Below, one piece after another: positions 50,958-62,300 of a stretch of DNA of 64,000 nt. The DNA is from a virus. The notes beneath the pieces are model-generated. The model was not told the DNA's origin, did no database searches, and saw nothing but the letters and a program-made list of their open reading frames with translations. A program made the position numbers and the translations under genes. The stretch lies in IMG/VR virus record IMGVR_UViG_3300032322_002195, positions 44,838-108,837 of that record. One strand, written 5' to 3'. Each line of letters opens with the position of its first letter. The stretch's first letter is position 1.

Positions 50958-51734
50958 TTATCCGTTGTAAATTGTTTCTAATTGTTCATACAATTTACCC
51001 TCGCTTGTACTAAACACAAAGTGCTTAACAACGGCTTTCAAACGCTTAATCATGTGCTTATGATTATAGCCCTCTGTTCTAAGCATGAGCTTAATAAGAG
51101 CTTCATTCATTTGTCGTGTGTTTGGCACAATTTCAGCACACTCACTCACACAATCAATGAGTTCATCACCTTTTACTTTATTCACAATTTCAAACCTACC
51201 TTCTTTTACCATTTTGGTAGCCTTGGCTCTGTTTTGCATTGTATATGCTTGAATGATGATTGACACCTGCATATCAGAATAAGTGAGGTTCATTGCATTT
51301 TTCAGCAAACGATAGTCTTTGTTTCCACTTTCAGCCCAACCATGAATGTAGTCAGCTAATTTCCATGATTTGCTTGTATTGTTCAAGTCAATCATAAGTT
51401 GAGTTGTTTCAGCTTCACTCTTTGAATCCACAACGGTACAAGGAATATTATATCCTAAGTCCTTTAAACAATCACTCAAATGCTGTCCATCAACAATATA
51501 ATACTTGTTTTTCTTGCTATCCCACACCACAATCACATTACGCAATACACCATTTCGCATTACTGATAACTTCATGCTCAAAGAATGCTGTTTATTAATT
51601 GGTCTGTTTTTAGGTAGCACCGCTAATAGTCCATATTGGTCTGGGGTGATAACAACCATTTTGGTTTTTGTTTCGCTAACCATTGCGATTTCGTTTGTTT
51701 TTGACATTTTATTTATTATTTGATTATGAGACAA
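50958..51734 (-). CDS. ParB/Srx-like N-terminal domain protein
   Basis: NRPIN..H, YYIVDGQHL, LN...KSW...DY. Confidence 0.7.
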   Translation of the reverse strand: MSHNQIINKMSKTNEIAMVSETKTKMVVITPDQYGLLAVLPKNRPINKQHSLSMKLSVMRNGVLRNVIVVWDSKKNKYYIVDGQHLSDCLKDLGYNIPCTVVDSKSEAETTQLMIDLNNTSKSWKLADYIHGWAESGNKDYRLLKNAMNLTYSDMQVSIIIQAYTMQNRAKATKMVKEGRFEIVNKVKGDELIDCVSECAEIVPNTRQMNEALIKLMLRTEGYNHKHMIKRLKAVVKHFVFSTSEGKLYEQLETIYNG

Positions 51735-51916
51735 AGATAAGGAGAATTTTTTAAACTACCAAATTTATTTTAAACTTTTTTTACGCACCAATTAAATCCA
51801 AAAATTCTTCACAACTGAAGTTTATGTGTTAAATCACTATACCAATCTTCAACCATTATGTAGTTACATAAATAGAAATGTGAAAAGGGGTAAATTTTAA
51901 CTTACCCCTTAATTCC

Positions 51917-52435
51917 TCACGAATGCATATCGACAAACACTACCCAAAGTTTGCCATCGCCACTATCGGTTTGAGTTACACCGCACTCATCATAAGAGAA
52001 TGCGTAAAAGTTATCTTCCAATACATTAAATTGGTTTGATACCTTCTCACCGCTTTTTCTACGGAAGGCTTTGATTTGTTTTATTGATTTTATCTCATAC
52101 AAAAACTTGGCATACTTCTGCAACGACCACAATTCATTTGTATTGAAGCTCTCAACCTTTTTGCCTTTAGCCAATAACTTTTTGGCTGTTTCAGTGTATA
52201 GGTCAGACTGCATCCAACCTTTAATCATTTTGTTGATTTTGGCAATGGTATTGGTATTCTCATCGGGTTCATACCGACCATCAGAGGCTTTGTAAACCTC
52301 GTTATCTTCACTTACCGCACCACACATGGTACGCCAGTTGTTTTCGTTTCCCCAATCCATGAGGAAACTTTCTGCTTCTGAACAAGCATCTTCGCCATTC
52401 TCGGCTTTTACTACTACTAAATGTAAATTGTGCAT
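51917..52435 (-). CDS. hypothetical phage protein
   Basis: MH.LHLVVV N-terminus and VVFVDMHS C-terminus. Confidence 0.65.
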   Translation of the reverse strand: MHNLHLVVVKAENGEDACSEAESFLMDWGNENNWRTMCGAVSEDNEVYKASDGRYEPDENTNTIAKINKMIKGWMQSDLYTETAKKLLAKGKKVESFNTNELWSLQKYAKFLYEIKSIKQIKAFRRKSGEKVSNQFNVLEDNFYAFSYDECGVTQTDSGDGKLWVVFVDMHS

Positions 52436-52510
52436 GATTTATTTATTTAATTGATTAGTGATGCAAAGATAGTAATTATTTTGAATCTACCAAATTTATT
52501 TTAAACTTTT

Positions 52511-53332
52511 TTACTCGGTAGTTTCTTTGACTTTCAATAACTTGTCAATTTCAGCAACCCTTTCATATTGCTCATCAGCCAATGCAAGTTCTTTTAATTT
52601 ATTTAAAACAACCACAGCATAATCATCAACAAGATATTGTTCTTCGTGTGCCAATACTACAAGGCTGTCCGTAAACTCATCCAGTTCATCTTCCACGTTC
52701 TCACATAGGTAGTCCACAAGATAGTATTCATTTTCGTCACGAATCTCCATAGCCATTTTTAATGCTTCGGGGCTACCACCTTTTGGTACGTTTTCACCAA
52801 TACACTCTCCATTCTCTAATGTATATTCACCAACATTGTACCCAAAATCTTCATCAGCATATTCTACTTTAAAACGCAAAGTAGAATATTTTTCGGACAT
52901 TACCAACATAGCCCCCAAAGGTGTACTCCACGCTGTATGGAATTCAATGATAGGTTCACTTTCATTTTTTAATTGGTCGTAAGCATTCCACTTTGTACCC
53001 CAGTTGGCAATTTGCCAATCATACCAGTTGTCGTGTCCAAATTCATCATTGAATTTGTCAGACATCTCTTTGGTAATACCACGACTAACACCCCATTGCT
53101 TTTCAATGTCGGATAGTTCATTGTTGGCTATTCGTCTTTCTTGCTCATCATATTCCTTTTTAGATATGATTTTTGTAGGACTTTGTGTACCTTCCAATTC
53201 CTGTGGAATAGGTGCAAACGTATTGAAGTCAATAAATTGGTCTTCTCTTGTGCCTTTGATTTCAGCAAGACACTTTGCTACTTCTTGTTCATTACCGATA
53301 ATTGTAAGTCGATTGGTTACGTGATTAGGCAT
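52511..53332 (-). CDS. DUF1281/YubB ferredoxin-like domain protein with C-terminal UVR-like motif
   Basis: MPNHVTNRL, WYDW.IANWGTKWNA, F.TAWSTP, YADED; ADEQYERVAEIDKLL. Confidence 0.7.
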   Translation of the reverse strand: MPNHVTNRLTIIGNEQEVAKCLAEIKGTREDQFIDFNTFAPIPQELEGTQSPTKIISKKEYDEQERRIANNELSDIEKQWGVSRGITKEMSDKFNDEFGHDNWYDWQIANWGTKWNAYDQLKNESEPIIEFHTAWSTPLGAMLVMSEKYSTLRFKVEYADEDFGYNVGEYTLENGECIGENVPKGGSPEALKMAMEIRDENEYYLVDYLCENVEDELDEFTDSLVVLAHEEQYLVDDYAVVVLNKLKELALADEQYERVAEIDKLLKVKETTE

Positions 53333-53411
53333 AATTATTTTTTTTTTAATTGATTAACGAGGGCAAAGATAGTAATTAATTTGAATCTACCAAATTTATT
53401 TTAAAATATTT

Positions 53412-54510
53412 TTAATACCCAAATTCAGGTTCAATTTTTACCTTTGATTTTATCCATTTGATAATCTCATCAGCGTAATATGAAGTGCTAAGGTCACAAA
53501 GGAATTCAGATAATTTCCATTCAGCATCTAGCTCATTTGCCAATACAGTGCCTCGTGTAAATTCTTTTGCTTTGCTTTGGTCAGAAGATTTTCTGCTACC
53601 AGTTGAGAAGTCCCATTCTTTACCAATTACTTGAATTATTTTGCCAGTGATTTCTACGGTAATTACACCGCCTTGAGCAACTTCGCCTAATTTCCAAGTT
53701 TTTGTTTTTAAGTTTCTAGGTTTAGCCATGTTTTTAATTGATTAACGAGGGCAAAGATAGTAATTAATTTGAATCTACCAAATTTTTATTCGGAAATTTT
53801 CAATTCAACTTCACCAACTTCAAATAAATCTAAATGAAGTTTTTGAATTACTTCAAATAAATTTCCATCTACTAGATAATAAAAATCTTCTTCTAAGGTA
53901 ATATTAAACGTTTCTTGAATCGTCTTAGAATGACGAACCCATAAATTTTTAATATACTCCCTTAAATCATTTTCACCGCCAACTAATAAGACTCCACTCT
54001 CGTCTTCATCACGGACTTGTACCAATTGATATATTTTTGTCATGTTCTAAATTTTTTCAAAATAACCTTGATGTGAAAAATAAAAAGTTTCTCCATTATC
54101 TATCTTATAAAGAATATCATTTGAAATAATGTCATTTGAAATTATGATAACAACCTCATCAAAGATTTCATTAGCATAATCAAAAACCCTAACTTTATCA
54201 CCCTTTTTTAAATTTATGGTTTCCATCTTACTTTATTTAAAAGTCACATCCACCCTTCTTTTACAATACCAGCTTTGCCATCAACCATTCGCCATATCTC
54301 TGCCCATTCACCCCATTCTCCTCTACGACTTCTTAATACAGATATGTTGACTTCCAGATTTTCCTCCAGATGTCTTTTCATATTCTTCACCAATTCCCTA
54401 TATGTTGGATATTGAATGGTTTTATATGGACTACCTTTGCCATAACTATTGGAATACTCCCTTCTCGTTTCGTTGGTAATTATTGTTACCTGTGGTTTAA
54501 AGTTGCTCAT
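53412..54510 (-). CDS. small hypothetical genes (53412-53729, 53786-54043, 54244-54510)
   Basis: ORF track plus promoter repeats. Confidence 0.6.
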
Positions 54511-54527
54511 GGGACAAAGATAAATAT

Positions 54528-55097
54528 TTATTTTGAATTCACCAAATTTATTGTGTTAAATTCTTTGATTATTTTCTTTAACTTTTCAACATACATTGAA
54601 TCCTCAGCATAATTCGCCCTTAAATATTGAAAATATTCCTCCTCCGTTTTTATATCATTAAGGTATGCAGCGGCAAACATAGCATAATCTTGTACACTTT
54701 CCCTCCATGAATTATAATAAGCATGACCATTCTCAACACCTGAATTGGTTGTTGGTCGCTTGGTAGCCTCTTTCATCCCAAATAAATTATTATTCTCCTT
54801 GAATATATTTGATTTAAATTCATTCGTCTCCAATACAGCTTGTGCCAAAACAATATGGGGAAACCTTAGATTTAAATCCAATATGTATTCTTTTAACTTA
54901 TCTTTCGAAAATTTGGTGTTTTCTTTGATTATAATCGCTTTTGTTTCATTGCTGATATACGATATGTCATTTATCCGTTTTAATGCAATAAATGCAAAAA
55001 AACTCATCAAAACCAAAACAATCAAAACACAAATTAAAATAACCCTATTCGAAATATTCTCATAGGTTAAGCTTTTTTTGTTAAATTTATATATCAT
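54528..55097 (-). CDS. GH73 glucosaminidase-like peptidoglycan hydrolase with N-terminal TM anchor
   Basis: AQAVLET, NNNLFGMK, Y.SWRESVQDY, YAED..YVEKL. Confidence 0.8.
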   Translation of the reverse strand: MIYKFNKKSLTYENISNRVILICVLIVLVLMSFFAFIALKRINDISYISNETKAIIIKENTKFSKDKLKEYILDLNLRFPHIVLAQAVLETNEFKSNIFKENNNLFGMKEATKRPTTNSGVENGHAYYNSWRESVQDYAMFAAAYLNDIKTEEEYFQYLRANYAEDSMYVEKLKKIIKEFNTINLVNSK

Positions 55098-55102
55098 TTT
55101 AT

Positions 55103-55249
55103 TTAAATTAATTTATTTTCTACTGAACGCCCTACTGAACCCCATACTGAACGACTTGCTGAACTCAATACTGAACGCCATACTGAATTCCATACTGAAT
55201 CCTGTACTGAATTCCCTACTGAATCACTTATTGATTTACCTATATTCAT
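55103..55249 (-). CDS. SVxx tetrapeptide-repeat mini-protein (48 aa, not in track)
   Basis: MNIGKSISDSVGNSVQDSVWNSVWRSVLSSASRSVWGSVGRSVENKLI. Confidence 0.65.
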   Translation of the reverse strand: MNIGKSISDSVGNSVQDSVWNSVWRSVLSSASRSVWGSVGRSVENKLI

Positions 55250-55428
55250 TTTATTATATTTCTAGTTGGTCTCCTTACTGAATCCCTTACTGAATTCCGT
55301 ACTGAATTCAATACTGAAATAATTACTGAATTCCGTACTGAATTCAATACTGAATTACTTACTGAAATCAATACTGAATTACTTACTGAATTACTTACTT
55401 TATCTTTAACTGATTTACCTATTTCCAT
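55246..55428 (-). CDS. SVxx tetrapeptide-repeat mini-protein
   Basis: MEIGKSVKDKV-(SVxx)n-RPTRNI. Confidence 0.7.
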   Translation of the reverse strand: MEIGKSVKDKVSNSVSNSVLISVSNSVLNSVRNSVIISVLNSVRNSVRDSVRRPTRNIIK

Positions 55429-55534
55429 GTCTTATATTTCTGGTTGGTCTACTTACTGAATTCAATACTGAATTCCATACTGAATCAAATGCTAAATTAC
55501 TTACTTTAAACTTAATTGGTTTACCTATTTCCAT
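55415..55534 (-). CDS. SVxx tetrapeptide-repeat mini-protein (39 aa, not in track)
   Basis: MEIGKPIKFKVSNLAFDSVWNSVLNSVSRPTRNIRHGNR. Confidence 0.6.
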   Translation of the reverse strand: MEIGKPIKFKVSNLAFDSVWNSVLNSVSRPTRNIRHGNR

Positions 55535-55549
55535 AATCAGCCAAAATTA

Positions 55550-57764
55550 TTAAATATTAGAATGTTTTGGCTGATTTCTTTTATTATAATCAGCCAAAAT
55601 CCTTTTGTATTTAGCTAAATAATCCTCATATAACCCAATGTTAATTTGTTTTAATTTATTTAAATTAACAGGGGCTAACGTTTCACTAGGTTTCTTGGTT
55701 CCCAATCTTATTGCTCGAATTCCGTTTTCAATATTTTTTATATACAATTCCTCAGCTGTCATCACATTTATTTTTTAAATAATCTTTCCAACGCCTTTTG
55801 TTGGTCAATTTTTTCTCGCACCTCTTTGGCTGTCAATAAATGTACATACTGGAAGTCCCACGCATCGCCCAAAGGTAGGTGAACCAACTCAACTGGTTTC
55901 ATACTGGCAACCATATACTCCGCATAGCCATCAGCCACAGGAAAACGTATGATTTCACCAACATTTTTTTCGTTGTTGTGTTTCTGTAACATAGCCTTTA
56001 ATTCTGCTTTGTATTTATCACAAGCTTTCTCATAACCATTGATATTGCTAAAATCCAATTCGGGTACTTTGATTGATTTGGGTGCTAAATAAACTTTTGC
56101 CATCGTATTATTGTTTTTGATTATGATACAAAGATAAAAAAAAGAAATGACACTACCAAATGATAGCGTCACTTTTTTTAAAATAAATGTTGTGGTATGT
56201 TGGTATTCAATACCTCTTTGCCCTCTGCTTTGGCTTTGGCAATAGCGTTCTTTAATACCTCACGACCATTCGGTGCACTAACCAATTCAGCAATGGTAAT
56301 ATTACGACTGCCACTTTTCCATGTAAGTTGTGTGTAACCATTAGGTGTTTTTATACACAAACTTGTGAGCATATCCTTTTGTAACTTCTTGTCAAACTTG
56401 GCTTGGTCTTTGGCTTTTAACCAATCTTCCAACAAAAGGTCAATCTTAAATTCTAAATTCATTGGAAAATTAAAAACACTCGGTAACCCCAAACAAAATT
56501 GTTCAGCTTGTTTAAGCAATTCACGTTTGCCTTCGTAGGCATGATAAAAGGTAGAACCACCATGCCCATCATTTTTGGCATAGGCTACCTTTACATCGTT
56601 TACATACACATCAGCAACAAACGCATTGGTTTCCTCTGACATGGCTTCACTAAACTTGATGTTCTTTAATTGAATGTTCATGTTTTTTTATTGATTTAAG
56701 GCAAAGATAAATAAAATATTTTAATCTACCAAATTTATTTTGAATTATTTATAGCTTCAAGCCAATTCTCTAATGTTTCAAAATACCCATCACCTTCATC
56801 AGCCCAACTATAACCCTCAAATTCTTTCTCAAATTTGTCAGTCCAATCCTCCGCAAGTTCATATATTCCACCAATACCTTGCGTTTCTGATACCTCTTTT
56901 ATATTACCCCTAGGTTTGTCCGATAATCTTTCAATGGTAATAAATGAAACAATCTCATGATACGTTTCAAGCCATGATGAAAATCCGTTTGGAAATACTT
57001 TATTCATTTTACTTTCGTTTAATTGATTAAGGCAAAGATAGTAATTATTTTGTAACTACCAAATTTATTTTAAAAATAAATCCCCCTAATTTCTTAGAGG
57101 GATTTTTATACTACTTTATTTAACTTGCCAAAGCAACAAATGATTTTTGGATTTCTTTGTCAATTTGGATTAATTCATCCAAAGTGCTTGTGTTAGGCAC
57201 TTTATCTTTATGCGAGTATTGATACCTTCTATACTCCAACCCCACAATCTTATACACAACAATTTCTTTTCCACTTTCAAGTTTATGGGTTACCCTATCT
57301 CTTTTAAAATCAATGAAAATTTGCTGATAGTTCATACCATTGCAATAATCATATCGTGAATCTGAACTTGCGTATGGTCTTTTTTTGCTGACAACAAACA
57401 AATACATCTCATTGTATTCGTTTTTGGACAAAGGTTTTTCTTGAGTACCTTCGATTAATTTTTCGATAGTACCCTTCATATCTTGGTACATAGAATGACC
57501 TATTTGCACATCGAATACTTTCCCATACTCTTCCTTAAAGGCTTTCAATTCTTCTTCAAATTGATTTAGAAACACCTTCATCATCGTAAGGTTATGCTTT
57601 GTAATGGTTTGCTTAAACCTATCCTCTTCTTGAATGCACTCATTGATTGTATCAAAAGAGAATCTTTTACCCCCACCTACCTTTGGTTTTGGATTAATTC
57701 GTTCAAACTCTTTGATAAGGTCATCCACCAACCCTTGCTGAAATGATGTTAAATTGTTTGTCAT
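55550..57764 (-). CDS. hypothetical genes (55550-55765, 55768-~56103, 56178-56681, 56735-57007, 57120-57764)
   Basis: ORF track plus promoter repeats; 56178-56681 has SEET.AF.A...NDGHGG motif. Confidence 0.65.
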
Positions 57765-57826
57765 TTTTTTAATTATTTAATTGATTAACGAATGCAAAGA
57801 TAGTAATTATTTTGTAACTACCAAAT

Positions 57827-58018
57827 TTATTTTGTTGAATTTCTTACTGAATCATCTACTGACAACCATACTGAATTCTCTACGTCATGTACTGAAATCC
57901 ATACTGAATCAATTACTGAATCACTTACTGAATTACCTACTGAATTAGTTAATGAATTCCTTACTGAATACCATACTGACTTACTTATTTTACCTTTAAC
58001 TGGTTTACCTATATTCAT
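57827..58018 (-). CDS. SVxx tetrapeptide-repeat mini-protein
   Basis: MNIGKPVKGKI-(SVxx)n. Confidence 0.7.
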   Translation of the reverse strand: MNIGKPVKGKISKSVWYSVRNSLTNSVGNSVSDSVIDSVWISVHDVENSVWLSVDDSVRNSTK

Positions 58019-58028
58019 ATTACTTTAT

Positions 58029-58779
58029 TTAAAAATTAGCCCTCAAATCTCCATAAGCCAAAGGAATACCACAATTTCCCCATTGAACATTTCCATCCAA
58101 ATACTCTTGCTTCATTTCAGTTGTAATAGTATCCAATAAATAATCGTATGCTATTTTCAACATTTCTGGTCTGTTGGTAGTTGGTGGATAAAAACCAAAT
58201 ATGTTATCCCTTGAATTAAGAATAAAGAAAATAAATACCCTACGTTTACCAAGTCCATATTGGTGAATATCTACCAACTTCTTAAACTTCGCAAAACTTA
58301 TTGGTTCACCAGTCTCCGTAATTAAACCCAATTCCTTCATCTTATGGGTTAAAATTGATATTGGTAATCTCATGTCTTTATTGATTTAATTGATTAAGGC
58401 AAAGATAAATAAAATATTTTAATTAACCAAATCTTAATTTAAAAATTTGTTCTTTGTATTTTTCATCTGTCAAAAAATCAGAAAAAAACCTATGCCTGAT
58501 TTCAGTTATTTTACCACCAGTCGTTGTGAAAAAATCATCCCCATCAGTTAATAAATCAGTTTTATGTTTTTTCATTTCACCATGTAATAACTTTTCAGTT
58601 TCAGCGTCTATCTTAACTGATGTGTTATGAAGAATACTTACTTCATTTACATTAAGAATAATTTGTTTCTCACCTATTTTAGTCCTCTTATCAAAACTAA
58701 AACTAATGTTACCAATAGGTATTAAATTAAAATTTTTTGTGCCTGTGAATTTCATGATTTGATTATTTTGATACCGCAA
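58029..58779 (-). CDS. two hypothetical genes (58029-58373, 58423-~58755)
   Basis: ORF track plus promoter repeats. Confidence 0.6.
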
Positions 58780-58846
58780 AGATAAACATTATTTTGTAAC
58801 TACCAAATTTATTTCAAAAAACCCCCCTAATAAATTAGAGGAATTT

Positions 58847-59101
58847 TTATTCTACTTTATTTAAAATTCTTATAACTACTGAATCCCATACTGAATTCCT
58901 TACTGAATTAGTTACTGAATCACTTACTGAATTCCATACTGAATCCTCTACTGAATCATATACTGAATCCTGTACTGAATTACTTACTGAATCATCTACT
59001 GAACGCCATACTGAATTACCTACTGAATCATCTACTGAACCCCATACTGAACGCCTTACTGAATTCCTTACTTTATCTTTAACTGATTTACCCAAATCCA
59101 T
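58847..59101 (-). CDS. SVxx tetrapeptide-repeat mini-protein with its own promoter and terminator
   Basis: MDLGKSVKDKV then 16 consecutive TTCAGTA-N5 units; promoter at ~59121, hairpin at ~58820. Confidence 0.75.
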   Translation of the reverse strand: MDLGKSVKDKVRNSVRRSVWGSVDDSVGNSVWRSVDDSVSNSVQDSVYDSVEDSVWNSVSDSVTNSVRNSVWDSVVIRILNKVE

Positions 59102-59275
59102 ATTTAAAGTTTTAATAATGCAAAGATAAATAAAATATTTGATTCCACCAAATTTAATTTAAACTAGCTAATGCTAATAAAATTAATTCATCCAAAATTA
59201 CATATATCGGAACCCCTCGCTCCTTTGCCCTTATTTCCAATTCCTCAATCGTTATATTTATCATTTTTATCCTAA

Positions 59276-60118
59276 TTAATTTAAAACCATTTCCTTCTCA
59301 CCTACCTTTGAATAAAGTTCATTTAACTTTTCTTCAAGGGTTTGTGTTTTTACCACAAACCCACTAGAAAAAGCTAATTTGTTTTTTTCACCTCCACCTT
59401 TGCCAGTCATGAATTTATATTTCAATCCTAAAATAACACCTTTTGGTTTTAAGAAAGTTAAATCATCTTCATCCCCACTAATTACTTCAAACCCTTCATA
59501 AGTACTTGGTAATTTGTCAAATACAATCGCAACGTTTTTCCCCTTATTCAATAATTCAATTGCCTTAGCATGATTGGTTTCAGAACGACTGAAAGTCAAA
59601 TGATAATTGCTTGGTAATGCCTTTTCAAACCTTGTATGATTTTTTGTGTAATCATAAAAAGTTATATCACTATGTTTTTCAAAGATATTTTTACCCTCAA
59701 ATATCTTAAATTTCTCAAATACAATATCAGCAGTACCATTCAATCTTACCACCAATTCATGCGTAAGTTTAAATTTAGTTTTTAAATTGGTAATCTCTTC
59801 GTCAAGTTGATTCATAAAACCAATTCTATCTCTTAAGAAATATTCGGTCTTATCAATGCGACCTTGCATTACCTTTGGAAACATACCACCATTTCCACTA
59901 CCTACTAAACAAGTTGCGGCACAACCAGTCGAAGCATGAGAACATAAATTAATACCCTTGCTATTATTCGTATAGGAACTTAAATACATAATAGCTGTTT
60001 TGTAAGGTAAACCCTTTTTGTTGTAAACGTTTTCACCTTTCACTGTTTTGGCGTTGTTAAATGTCAATAATTGTTTGTTGTATTTCATTTTATTATATTG
60101 ATTAATTATCGGGTACAA
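59276..60118 (-). CDS. Gp88-like (radical-SAM-like CxxxxxxCxxxC) phage protein
   Basis: LCSHASTGCAATCL, VRLNGTAD, FYDYTK, NYHLTFSRSE; likely start MKYNKQ at 60088. Confidence 0.7.
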   Translation of the reverse strand: MYPIINQYNKMKYNKQLLTFNNAKTVKGENVYNKKGLPYKTAIMYLSSYTNNSKGINLCSHASTGCAATCLVGSGNGGMFPKVMQGRIDKTEYFLRDRIGFMNQLDEEITNLKTKFKLTHELVVRLNGTADIVFEKFKIFEGKNIFEKHSDITFYDYTKNHTRFEKALPSNYHLTFSRSETNHAKAIELLNKGKNVAIVFDKLPSTYEGFEVISGDEDDLTFLKPKGVILGLKYKFMTGKGGGEKNKLAFSSGFVVKTQTLEEKLNELYSKVGEKEMVLN

Positions 60119-60206
60119 AGATAAGCATAATTTTTAATCTACCAAATTTTTATTGTATAATCGTAAAAACTTTTTACTTTCTGATATTTATTATTAAATT
60201 TAATTT

Positions 60207-60821
60207 ATGAAAAAATGTAATATATGTAATTTGGAAAAAGAAATAGATGCTTTTACTAAAACCAAATATAAAGGTGAGATAAAATATAGACCTACCTGTA
60301 AACAATGTACTTCTGAAAGAGTTAAAAAATGGGTAAATGATAATAAAGAAAAAAGAAAAGAATATATTAAAAATTATTCGAAAATTAATAAAGATTATAT
60401 AAATAAAAAAAGCCGAGATTATTATAAAAATAATACTGAAAAAGTCATAAAGTATTCGATTGAATATAAAAAGAATAGAAGAAAAAATGATGAGGTTTTT
60501 AGAATAAGTGATAATTTTAGAAAATTAATTCAAAAATCATTTCTAAAAATAAACCATAAAAAAACTTCTAAATCAATTCATATTCTTGGCTGTTCTTATG
60601 AAGATTTTAAACTACATCTCGAATCAAAATTTGAGTCTTGGATGAACTGGGATAATTATGCGAAATATAACACAACACCTAATTATGGTTGGGATATTGA
60701 CCATATTATACCAATATCATTGGCTAAAACTGTTGAAGATGTTATTAGATTGAACCATTATACCAATCTTCAACCATTATGTAGTTATATCAACAGACAT
60801 ATTAAAAGGGATAAAATTTAA
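60207..60821 (+). CDS. HNH homing endonuclease
   Basis: N-terminal CxxC...CKxC; WMNWDNY...WDIDHIIP...LNHYTNLQPL; inserted opposite to the array. Confidence 0.85.
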   Translation: MKKCNICNLEKEIDAFTKTKYKGEIKYRPTCKQCTSERVKKWVNDNKEKRKEYIKNYSKINKDYINKKSRDYYKNNTEKVIKYSIEYKKNRRKNDEVFRISDNFRKLIQKSFLKINHKKTSKSIHILGCSYEDFKLHLESKFESWMNWDNYAKYNTTPNYGWDIDHIIPISLAKTVEDVIRLNHYTNLQPLCSYINRHIKRDKI

Positions 60822-60970
60822 TTGTTTATCGGGTGCAAAGATAGTAAATTATTTTAATCTACCAAATTTATTTTCAAAAAAATCCCCCTAATTTCTTAGA
60901 GGGATTTTTATTTTAATTAAGATAAAAGTTTTTACCTTAGCCGTATGAATGTTTTAAACCTTAAAATATT

Positions 60971-61609
60971 TTACCATTCTGGTTTAGACATATCTTTTTT
61001 TAATTTATCTATTAATGAAAGTAAATCATAATCAGTTTTTGGTTTGACGTTATAAAATTCAAGTTCATTTGAATTAAATGATTCGTCAACTGATACCTTC
61101 CAATTTTCAATAGCGGCTCTTGATAATCCAAGTATATTGTTTTCCCCTGAATAATGTACTATCCAAGATTGCCCATTAAATTTATTGATAAAGAAAACAT
61201 TTTCAATATCTATTATTGGCTCATTACCTATAAATTTAATTTTTAAAAATGTTTGCCCTTTTAATACTCCACATTTAGTTATATTTCCAAATTCAATAAA
61301 CGTTTCATCAACTTTATAATCACAATCAATTTCGTATTTATATTTCGTGTCTTTACAAGATATTGTAATTGTAACATCCCGTTTATCTTTACCTAATAAC
61401 CCCCTACCAATAATTTTACCAGTTTCTGGGTCTTTCATTTGGATTACATTATTTGCCGAATTAAATGTATTAGCAAAAAACGACAATGCGTTACTATACA
61501 AAATTTCTTTTGTAAAACTTGAATCAACAGAAACAACTTCTGAGGTCGATTGTCCAAAAGAATAAAAATACAAAAATAAAATATTAAAAAGTAAAATAAG
61601 TTTCTTCAT
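60971..61609 (-). CDS. secreted DUF4468-like protein
   Basis: signal peptide ending SFGQ; LY.NA..F..TF.SANNVIQMKD.ETGKIIGRG. Confidence 0.65.
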   Translation of the reverse strand: MKKLILLFNILFLYFYSFGQSTSEVVSVDSSFTKEILYSNALSFFANTFNSANNVIQMKDPETGKIIGRGLLGKDKRDVTITISCKDTKYKYEIDCDYKVDETFIEFGNITKCGVLKGQTFLKIKFIGNEPIIDIENVFFINKFNGQSWIVHYSGENNILGLSRAAIENWKVSVDESFNSNELEFYNVKPKTDYDLLSLIDKLKKDMSKPEW

Positions 61610-61735
61610 TTGAATGTTTAATTAAATTGTTTATGCAAAGGTATTGAATTAATTTTAAACTACCAAATTTATTTTAAAAAAAAATCCCTCCATATTATAT
61701 GAAAGGATTTTTATTCTACTTAATTTAAAATTGGT

Positions 61736-62074
61736 TTATGATTGTGAAATTAAAGAAACCATTCCATTTTCATCCGCATTAAATTTTTCCCTAGCAAATG
61801 TTATAGCTTCTCCCCTTGTTTTAAACGATTGAACACAAATCCATTCATCACTATGTGAATTCGGAATGTCAACATAAAAGGTCTCAGTTCTTTCATCTAC
61901 ATCATCCACAAAAGTTGGTTCTTCAATATCCCCTTCTTCATAAGCAGCTATGGTATGATTAGGATAATCAGCTTTCGCATTCTTTAATTCCCGATATACC
62001 ATAAATGATGATAAATCACCAGACTCCCATTCCTCCCTAGATAAAATAGGTTGATAAAAAATTTCTTTACTCAT
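61736..62074 (-). CDS. hypothetical acidic protein
   Basis: 112 aa with own promoter. Confidence 0.65.
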   Translation of the reverse strand: MSKEIFYQPILSREEWESGDLSSFMVYRELKNAKADYPNHTIAAYEEGDIEEPTFVDDVDERTETFYVDIPNSHSDEWICVQSFKTRGEAITFAREKFNADENGMVSLISQS

Positions 62075-62230
62075 TGTATTATTATTTTTGATTATACCGC
62101 AAAGATAGATAAATTTTTTAAACCACCAAATTTATTTCAAACTTTTTTATCCCCCCCTTATATATTAATATTGTATATGAATTTATTTGAAAATAAATTT
62201 GGTGGTCTCATTTCTTTTACCTATCTTTGT

Positions 62231-62300
62231 CCCGTTGTTAATACAAAAACAACGGGCTGGGCTAACAACTTAGAAGAGTATACTCCAACCTGCCTTATAT
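62231..62300 (+). repeat. conserved non-coding element, copy 3 (inverted relative to copies 1-2)
   Basis: promoter TATCTTTG 62222-62229, hairpin CCCGTTGTT/AACAACGGG, 28-bp core. Confidence 0.85.
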
